This document shows positions 54,485 to 64,000 of a DNA stretch of 64,000 bases, piece by piece. The notes under the pieces were generated by a model that saw only the letters and a program-made list of their open reading frames with translations, was not told the origin of the DNA and searched no databases. Where the stretch lies: contig OX597819.1 of assembly GCA_951406725.2 (NCBI GenBank), positions 65,596,001 through 65,660,000 of the forward strand. The letters are read 5' to 3'. Positions within the stretch are counted from its first letter, which is position 1; the number at the start of each line of letters is the position of its first letter. The translations under genes and the position numbers were made by a program. The stretch comes from Octopus vulgaris (lineage: Eukaryota).

Positions 54485-55861
54485 CATACACACAGACATA
54501 CATACATATATATATATGTATGTATGTATTTATATCATCTCTCTTTCTCTCTCTATCTCTCTCTCTCCCTCTCTCTGTCTACCTCCACTGCTGGTATTCT
54601 TTGATGACAATGCACTGTTTCCGAAATATTTATCGAGCTCAAATGTTGAGTTAATACTTTCACACAATATGAGGAAGAATGGATTTAATAGGAATATTTA
54701 ACCGATTTGGTTTAAATACAACCATTAGCACTAAATTAACGGCAATAAATTTCCTAAGCTTAATGACACCAAACTTAATGACCTCCAAGTTTAAATGTGA
54801 TCAAGATTTGCATCGATAAAAATATCCTCCGCATCCTGGACGTAATTAGAAATCTATCAGAGAGACACAGTGGAAGGGTCTTTGATCTAACCATTCACAG
54901 GGATATATTGTGCATGCTAGGATTTGCCTCATTGGAAAGCAGGTTGAATTGGATAGATCTCCATTCGTGTCACAAGAGAAATGAACTAGAAAAGGAAAGT
55001 TTAATCTACCACACATTCTGGAAATTTCTATGCATATTGCTACGAATTTCTTGGTTCTAACACGATGTCATTCCCCATTCCTGCGTAAACGAACCAATGT
55101 CATCAACTGATATCAAGTTAACTTAAGATATTCCTGTAGTGACATCATAGCGCCCCAGCCCAAATACTATAACAAACATATTCTCAGAGATATTGCTGTA
55201 AGCAAGCTTGTAACCCTCGAAATCTCTCTGTCTGTTGACCCAGGAATTTTTCCTTTCAAATTGAAAAGCAATTTGCTAAGCAACTATATCATTTCGTGTC
55301 TCAATTTTTCAAGATGAGTACAAGGAGAATGTTCTCTTCCGTTTCGAAAACAGTCTAGCTTCTATCACGGGATTTCTTCAAATAACAAAGTGTCACACCA
55401 AAACTGAATGTTTCGTGTAACTGTAGCATTATCTAATTGAACAGTTTCAGATTACGGTGCAACTAAACAAATCCTTCCACCACTAAAAGGAGATGTTGCC
55501 CTTGAGAATTTCCGTCACCCTAAAGTCAAAATTGTGATTAGAATGCCTTTGCCTTCTTTGCAATGTAATTGGCTTTGAAGGCATCGACAGCGCACAAGAT
55601 GAGAAAATGGCCATCCATAATGTCATATAGAATTTGCTCATTTGACAAATTTTTAGCAATGTTCACAGATTTTCCATAAATCCTGAGGAAATGGCATCTT
55701 CAATTTTCACACCCAGTTACGATATCGCCTAACAAATTATACGTATCCCGTCTTTGTATCTACGAATATTATGCCAATGTATGGGATTTCCAATGATGGA
55801 AATACACACACACACACACACATACACACACATATGCACAGATATATAGATACGTATGTAC

Positions 55862-55919
<58 letters not shown>

Positions 55920-56534
55920 TATATATGTGTCTATGTCCGCGTACATCTACGTGCATATGTATGTGTTTGTGTATATATGTGTTTACGTATTGGGTACATA
56001 TATATACTCAGTACATAAACGCATATATACTACTATTTACTACTGTTTTTGTACTTTATTGATTTTTTAAATAAGGTTTTTATAGAATATGTTTTCTATA
56101 ATGTGTGAATAATATCTTTCATTATTGAATTGTTTTAATAGAGATTTTTCTCTAAATTATATATATATAAACGTGTGTGTAAGTGTTTATGTATGTAAAT
56201 GAATATATATATATATATATATATGCGTGTGTATCCATAAATGCATGCATGCATGCTTGTAGTATGTATGTATGTCATTGTATGTTATTAGAGAGATGTA
56301 TATCAGAGGCCATGTTACTGTTGTGCGAGAGAAAATTTTGAAACCTCACAAAATATATTTGAATTTAAAGCAAACATCACAGCTGTGTCATGCTTTAAAA
56401 TTGATAAAACATCACTTCCGGTAAATAGCTGTCACGCACGCACGTGCGTGTGCACGTGTGTGCGAATGTTGAGGAATGCTTGTTTTTAAGTGTGTGTGCG
56501 TGCGTGAGTGTGCATTAAGCGAGTGTGTTGTGTA

Positions 56535-57112
56535 TTGCAAAATCTTGATCAAATTTAAACCCCTACCAACTGGTAGTATTATTAGATCAGTAGAGGGCAG
56601 GCTGCGAGCTTGCAGAATCGTTAGCACGCCGGGCGAAATGCGTAGCCGTATTTCGTCTGCCGTTACGTTCTTAGTTCAAATTCCGCCGAGGTTGACTCTG
56701 CCTTTCATCCTTTCGGGGTCGATTAAATAAGTACCAGTTACGCACTGGAGTCGATGTAATCGACTTAATCCCTTTGTCTGTCCTTGTTTGTCCCCTCTGT
56801 GTTTAGCCCCTTGGGGCAATAAAGGAATTAATTATATGTTGCAAGATAGTGATCAAATTATAGCCCCTACCAACTGATAGTATTATTTGATCAGTAGAGG
56901 GCAAGCGGCGGACTGGCAGTAACGTTAGCATGTATTTCGCTCGCCTTTACGTTCTGAGTTCAAATTCCACCGAGGTTGACTTTGCCTTTCATTATTTCGG
57001 GGTCGATAAATTAATTACCAGAGAAACACTGGGATCGATGTAATCAACTAGTCCCCTCCCCACAAATTTTAGGCATTGTGCATTTAGTAGAAAAGATTAT
57101 TGGATCAGTAGA
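56535..57112 (+). mobile_element. Two family B SINEs, each preceded by the same ~65-bp unique flank
   Basis: TTGCAA..GATCAAATT..CCCCTACCAACTG.TAGTATTATT.GATCAGTAGAGGGCA at ~56535-56599 and ~56839-56903; the second copy has TSD ATTATT.GATCAGTAGA repeated at ~57096. Confidence 0.9.
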
Positions 57113-57547
57113 TGAGTTTTCACGGAGAGTTAGTATAAGCTGTGCCTTAAGAACTACCCTTTATGGGAATGATGTCTTAAAGAATCCCTTTCCATTGCAT
57201 AAACCGAGATTATTTTCGCATAGCAAGCTTTCCGCAATATCAAGGAATTAGTCTCTATTCGCTGTACATTGAATGTGGCAGATTTCTTATAGTCATGTGA
57301 CTACAGATTATGCGCACCTGGAGTTGCAAAACGAGTCTGTGAGTCAAGAGGTGCAAAACGGTGAGACGATGTTAGTTTCACAGTTAGGCTTACGAAGATT
57401 AAGACCTGGGGTCGATTTGTTCGACTAAAGGTGGTGCACCAGCATGGTCGCAGTTAAATGACTGAAGCAAAGGAACAAAAAAGAAAATAACGTGATTTTA
57501 GCACGCATATAAATTAATTTTCTCCGAGACATCATGCCCCGCGATGA

Positions 57548-57935
57548 TTCCTGTGGCTGAGTGGTAAGAGGCGTACTTCTCAACCATATGGTTCTAAATT
57601 CAGTTCCACAGTGTGGTACCATGAGCAAGTGTCATCAGATATTAGCCTCGAGCCGATCAAAGACTTATGAGTGGATTTTGTAGACGGAAACTGAAAGAAG
57701 CTTATCGTTTGTGTGTGTATGTCCTCGCACGTGCGTGCGTGTGTTTGTCTCAAACCACTACGGCTTAACACTGGTGTTGTTTACGTTCCCACAACCTAGC
57801 GGTTCGGCAAAAGAGTCCGATAATATACTTAGAGGTTTAAAATATAATAAGTACGGGAGACGATTCGGTAGAGTAAAATTCCTGGAGGCGGTGCCCCATC
57901 ATGGGGGAAGTGTAATGACTGAAGCAAAAGATAAA
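57548..57935 (+). mobile_element. SINE family A, diverged full copy (solo tail also at ~57400-57480)
   Basis: GTGGCTGAGTGGTAAG head through to a GGCGGTGCCCC..ATGACTGAAGC tail. Confidence 0.85.
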
Positions 57936-58545
57936 ATCACAATACTTTTAGTATGATTCAAAAATACCTTTTTTTAAAAAATATTTTATGCCTTTCCAAA
58001 CGTGTAGACCCAATGTAAATCATTTCATTACAAATAGAACTTCTTAACCAGTTCTTTGTCTTCTCTCATAAGAAACAAGTTAGAATATATATACTATGTT
58101 GTTTTTGGCGTTTTTAGCGATGTCTAAGACGAGTAAAAGCATAGATGCCAAACAGTCAAGAACTGAAATACGAAAATTCAAAATGTAAAGCAGCCATAAA
58201 CACTTTTCCAGATTGTTTAATCATACTTTATAAGACATATACAGTCATCTATATATTTATAGCTCAGACAAACCACACCTGTTTTTCTTTTCAGAAATTA
58301 CATTATGTACAAAAACATTACTCTGATAATGGATATCAAATTTTCTATTAACATCGTAAAGAAATTGCTGTTGTTGTTTAGTCTCATGTTAGTACTGATT
58401 TAGCAAACCTATGTTCAAAGGTGTTCCGGCCACGACCTTCACGACATTTTAAAGAGCCAAGACTACGTCATGGCTTATTCAATGTGGCTCTTTTTGTTGT
58501 TGTTTTTGCTTGTTTTTTATCCTACATAAAACTGTAAAAAGTGTA

Positions 58546-58737
58546 ATCCTTTCTGCTCTAAGCACAAGGCCCGAATTTTGGGGGAGTGAGGGTGGTGGCA
58601 GTCGATGGATCGACCCCGGTACGCAACTGGTTATTAATTTATCGACCCCGAAAGGATGAAAGACAAAGCCGCCTTCGGCGGAATTTGAACGCAGAACGTA
58701 AAGACAGACGAAATACTTCTAAGCATTTCGCCGCCTT
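58546..58737 (-). mobile_element. SINE family B
   Basis: ATCGACCCCGAAAGGATGAAAG...GGAATTTGAAC...CGCCGCCTT. Confidence 0.9.
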
Positions 58738-59007
58738 AACTGTACCATGTAATAAGATGTTTTGACCGCTATCCCTGTCAACTCTAAAGGCGCTTCGAGC
58801 TCCTCCGCTCGGGCTCTACAATTTTCCAAGGCATTGAATGTGTTATATATTTTTGTATGGCAACTCTTGCTCTAAAATCCTGTTTCTTTCTCCAATCTTT
58901 CACACACACAGAAGCACAGAGACAAGCAGAGAAATTCATTTTTCACGCTCGTTCTTTGTCACCGCTCGACGTCCTCGACGTATTCGTCACCATCATTAAC
59001 ACCGTTA

Positions 59008-59592
59008 CCTTCTTCTTCTTCTTCTTCTTCTTCTTCTTCTTCTTCTTCTTCTTCTTCTTCTTCTTCTTCTTCTTCTTTGTTCTTATTCGTCTTCTTCCTA
59101 CTCCTCCTTTTCTTCTCCTTTTCTATTTTCTTCTTCTTCCTACTCCACCTTTTCTTCCTCCTCCTCCTTCTCTTCGTCTTCCTCCTTCTCTTCTTCTTCT
59201 TCTTCTTCTTAATCCTCCTTCTCTTCTTCTTCTTCTTCTTCTTCTCTTCTTCGTCTTCTTCCTCTTCTTCATTTCTTCTTCTTCTTCCTACTCATCCTTC
59301 TCTTCTTTTCCTTCTTCCTCTTCTTCTTCTTCCTACTCGTCCTTCCCTTCTTCTTCTTCTTCTTCTTCTTCTTCTTCTTCTTCTTCTTCTTCCTCCTCCA
59401 TCTCTTCATCTTCCTCCTCCTTCTCTTCATCTTCCTCCTCCTCCTCTTCTTCTTCTTCTTCTCCTTCTTCTTCTTCTTCCTCCTCCTTCTCTTCAACTTC
59501 CTCCTCCTTCTCTTCAACTTCCTCCTCCTTCTCTTCAACTTCCTCCTCCTCTTCTTCTTCTTCTTCTTCTTCTTCTTCTTCCACTTCTCCTT
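59008..59592. repeat. (TTC/TCC)n polypyrimidine trinucleotide repeat
   Basis: Directly visible; explains the poly-S/F/L/E/K pseudo-ORFs. Confidence 0.97.
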
Positions 59593-59879
59593 CATGTGAG
59601 TATGATCATCTTAGGTGAATATACACATGTGTCTGTGTGCATCCGTTCGTGCATATGCGCGTGCATCTGTTTGTTTGTTTGCGTATGTGTGCGTGTGCGT
59701 GAGTGTGTGTGCACGCGTTTCTGCAAATACCTTGCGTATATCCGTTCATATATATCTCTGTTTACCTCTCCACCTCTCCATATTTCTTTCAATCCCTTCC
59801 TTTCCTTATTTCTTTCTCTCTCTCGCTCTCTCTCGCTATGCATGTCTGATTCCCTTAATATTAACAACAGCAACTAATA

Positions 59880-59912
<33 letters not shown>

Positions 59913-60134
59913 GTAATGATAATAATAATAATGATAATAATCATAATAATAATGATAATAATGATAATAATAATAATAATAATAATGATAGTAATGATAA
60001 TAATAATAATAATAAATAATGATAATACTGCTGCTGCTGCTGCTACTACTACTACTACTATTGATACATTGTATCTACTGTCAATCATCGTTTCGGCATC
60101 AGTTTCCCCAATGTGTCCTCTCCTTCTCTCCCTC

Positions 60135-60165
<31 letters not shown>

Positions 60166-60318
60166 TGATATATGTGTGTGTGTGTGTGGCTGTGCATGTG
60201 TGTACATAAACCTATATGTCAACAAGCGTACCTATCTATCTATCTATCTATCTGCCTACCTCTCTCTCTCTATATCTATCTATTTATCTCACTCACTCTC
60301 TCTGTCTATCTCTATCTC

Positions 60319-60358
<40 letters not shown>

Positions 60359-60380
60359 CCTATTTATCTATTTATCTATG

Positions 60381-60418
<38 letters not shown>

Positions 60419-60518
60419 CCTACGCACCTACCTATCTTTCTATCTATCTACCTATCTATTTATTTATCTATTCCTCCCCTCTCTCTCTCTCTCTCTCTCT
60501 CTGAACCTACCTACCTAC

Positions 60519-60586
<68 letters not shown>

Positions 60587-61333
60587 ATCAACGGTCTTCG
60601 TTATGAATTTGCTCAGCTCCACAAACGTTTTATCTCCTTTCATGTATTCCGATTCGCACTCTTCCTCGCCACCTCCTTCCATCTTTCGTTCCAGCATCAT
60701 TAGCACATCATTTCAAATTCATTCGCATAAGCCATACATACAAAATTTCACGTCCATGCACAAACACAAGCAATTATTCATGTTCATACATATGTATGCA
60801 TGTATGTAGGCATGCATGTATGTACGTATGTATGTATGTATTTGTATCTGTCTGTGTGTGTATGTATATGTTTGTATGTGTCTGTGTGTGTATGTATGTG
60901 TATATGTATGTAAGCATGCATGTATGTGTGTGCATGTATGTACGTATGTATGCATGTATCTGTGCATGCGTATGTGAGTGTATGTGTGTATGTATGCATG
61001 TATTATGTATGTGTGTGTATGTATGTATTCAGGTATGCATGCATTCATGTATCTGTATATGTGTATATGTATGAATGTGAGTATGTGTGTATATATGTAT
61101 TCTGTATGTGTGTGTGCATGCATGTATGAGTGTATGTATGCATATATCCATGTGTGTGCTTGTATGTACGTGTGTATGTATGTTTGTATGTGTGTGTATG
61201 TATGTATACACACATATTCACCGACATATACTGATTATTATGTAGGGGTACGCTGAGCATCTCATAAACAAAAACAGGTGCGTGCGCCTGCAAAGTGACG
61301 TGCACACATGCACACAGATACATACATACATAC

Positions 61334-61364
<31 letters not shown>

Positions 61365-61769
61365 CATACATACATACATACATACATACATACATACATA
61401 CATACATACATACATACATACATACATACATACATACATACATACATACACGGACACACATACACATAGAAAATGCATGATGCACATATACGATAAAGAC
61501 TGTGCAACGCGCACATTTTTACAGAGACAAATAGACAACCTTGTTTATCAATACGTACATATCCACACACACACAAACAAGCACTGAGTAACTCTAAATT
61601 TATATACATACACACATATGCAAACACACCTTCACTCACACTCTCACACACACACAGACAAACGCTTACCTACTGATAGAGAAACACATACACATAACTA
61701 AATCCACTACATGTGTTTGTTAGCAAATATACACACACACACACGATGTATTTCATTTATTTCGTGTCT

Positions 61770-61948
61770 TTGTTTCAGTCGTTTGACTGCGGTCATGCTG
61801 GAGCACCGCCTTTAGCCGACTTCTTTGTAAGACTTTTACTTATTCTATCGGTCTCTTTTTTCCGAACCGCTAGTGTTACGGGGACGTTAGCACGCCAACT
61901 ACTTCAGTTGTGAAGCGATGGTGGACGATGACAAACATAGACACACAA

Positions 61949-61981
<33 letters not shown>

Positions 61982-62152
61982 TATATTTACAACGGGTTTC
62001 TTTCATTTTCCGTCTACCAAATCCACTCACAAGTCTCTGGTCGGCCTGAGGCCATAGTAGAAGACACTTGAGCAAGGTGCCACTACACAGTGGGACTGAA
62101 CCCGCAACCATGTGGTTGGGAAGCAAGCTTGTTACTACACAGCCACTCCTGT
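61770..62152 (-). mobile_element. SINE family A, near full length
   Basis: Tail TGTTTCAGTCGTTTGACTGCGG to head ACACAGCCACTCCTG. Confidence 0.9.
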
Positions 62153-62366
62153 AAACACACACACACACACGTTTATACACACTAACGTAGGCAGAAACAA
62201 ACAGTATATATATATAAGTCGACCTAGGCGGAATTTGAACTTAGAAAGTAAAGACGAATGGAATAACGCTAAACATTTTTTTTCTTGCCTAGTGTGCTAA
62301 CTGTTCGGCCAGCTCGCCGGCTGACCGGAATAAACATGTTGAGACGTAAAATATGCTCGTTAACAT

Positions 62367-62420
<54 letters not shown>

Positions 62421-63155
62421 GCACACACACACTCATAAAATCACATAACCACACAAACACACACACAAACTGACAGATAGACAAACACACATACATACTC
62501 AAACAGACAGATAGACAGACACACACAGACAGACACACACACACGCGCGCGCGCGCATACAGATACACACATAAAACACTAAGATAACATCCGACTGATT
62601 ACTTGATCTGTTAGAAATAGTCGTCACATCTCCCTCAAATTCCAGTGTATTGTTTTAAATGCAGTGTGGTGAGGGGTACGCATTGCACATATTAGCAATG
62701 TCTAAAATGGCCCATAATGTGACGTGGTGGTTATGGTTGAAAGAATACGGTTATAGGTTTACACATCGAAGGCGTATCTGGGTGTAATCAATAGCAACAA
62801 GCAAAATGATTTACTCACGGTAATAGTATTAAAATCCGTTCGGAAACATACCCACTTACACATATGTACGCACATACACAAACACACACACGCATTTATA
62901 TATTTATACACACGCACCACAGTTCAGTTGTTTCTTGTAAGCGTGGGTGGAACCGTAGTCGTCGCTACTTCTGTACAGAAGCTTCCATGTATTGTCTTTA
63001 TCTAATTAAAAATACAATGGTGCATCTATGCATGCATGCATACATACAGACAGACAGACAGACACACACACACATACATACATACATACATACATACATA
63101 CATACATACATACATACATACATACATAGATGTATGTAGATGCATATATGTACAT

Positions 63156-63271
63156 AGGCGCAGGAGTGGCTGTGTGGTAAGTTGGTGGCTTACCAACCAC
63201 ATGGTTCCGAGTTCAGTCCCACTGCGTGGCACCTTGGGATTTGGTAGACGGAAACTGAAAGAAGCCCGTCG

Positions 63272-63306
<35 letters not shown>

Positions 63307-63460
63307 TTACGTCCCCGTAACTTAGCGGTTCGGCAAAAGAGACCGATCGAATAAGTACTAGGCTTACAAAGAATAAGTCCAGGGGTCGATTTCCTCGACT
63401 AAAGGCGGTGCTCTAGCATGGCCGCAGTCAAATGACTGAAGCATATAAAAGAGAGTAAAA
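63156..63460 (+). mobile_element. SINE family A, young copy with internal deletions
   Basis: GGCGCAGGAGTGGCTGTGTGGTAAG...GAGTTCAGTCCCACTGCGTGGCACCTTGGG...AAATGACTGAA. Confidence 0.92.
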
Positions 63461-63529
63461 AGAGAGTATGAATATATGTACATGCATATATTTGTTCTCG
63501 AAGTACTATGAACATAGAAATAAACGCAT

Positions 63530-63728
63530 GCAGAGGCCTGGAATTTTGGGGGAGGGGGCCAGTGGATTAGATCGACCCAAATACGCAACTGGTACCTAAT
63601 TTATCGACCACGAAAGGATGAAAGGTATATTGGCCTTGGGCGGAATTTGAACTTGGTACGTAAGGACAGACGAAATACCGCTACGTACATCGCCCTGTGC
63701 GCTAACGGTTCTGCTTGGTCGCCGCCTT
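63530..63728 (-). mobile_element. SINE family B
   Basis: Type-2 tail, core and head (..TCGCCGCCTT). Confidence 0.9.
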
Positions 63729-63860
63729 AAAGTATGCAAATATTGGCCTGTAAAACCATTTTGGATACAAACAAATCGAAAGTTAACTGTGGGACAGGAA
63801 CCCACATCTCCTTTAGATGACGTGAGAGGCATTATACTATCTATATATGCAGAGCGAGCG

Positions 63861-63972
63861 GGGTTAGTAGCTCGCATTCTTAACCACTACACCATATGCT
63901 TGTGGGCGTAGTGGTTAAGATTGCGGGCTACTAACCCAAGATTGCGAGTTCGATTCCAAGCAGTGACCTGAA
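63861..63972 (+). mobile_element. tRNA-like element preceded by an inverted copy of its own 5' half
   Basis: A box GGCGTAGTGG, anticodon-arm-like GCGGG-CTACTAA-CCC, B box GAGTTCGATTCC; 33-bp inverted repeat 63861-63893 / 63905-63937. Confidence 0.7.
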
Positions 63973-64000
63973 CAACAACAATAATAATGATAATAACAAT

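Noticed and set aside
58857-59877. Poly-S/F/L/E/K ORFs
   Set aside because: (TTC/TCC)n repeat artefacts.
63900-63965. Functional tRNA-Ser(ACT) gene
   Set aside because: No acceptor stem or long variable arm, atypical anticodon, followed by a simple-repeat tail; treated as repeat-derived.

Overview
Eukaryotic, very AT-rich, repeat-dominated DNA. The SINE repertoire and extreme microsatellite load point to an Octopus (coleoid cephalopod) genome, an inference from recalled repeat sequences rather than a search. Almost all ORFs in the supplied track are microsatellite read-through artefacts. No intact cellular gene is recognisable; the best gene candidate is a possible long 5'UTR plus a short first coding exon at ~9.7-11.2 kb (+), which would make the rest of the window intronic. 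Recognisable content: at least four tRNA-derived SINE families in dozens of copies, decayed transposase/LINE fragments (mariner, DD41D/rosa, RTE-type, R4/Dong-type), Tigger-, hAT-, piggyBac- and Helentron-like non-autonomous elements, and a Penelope-like remnant with a hammerhead ribozyme. The most interesting pattern is a SINE variant whose 3' tail is shared with a separate LINE-like 3'UTR fragment in this window. It recurs nested inside the tRNA-like head of its own family (mostly at GGTAT), with signs of target-site duplication and homology-guided 5' joining, building head-to-tail SINE trains.
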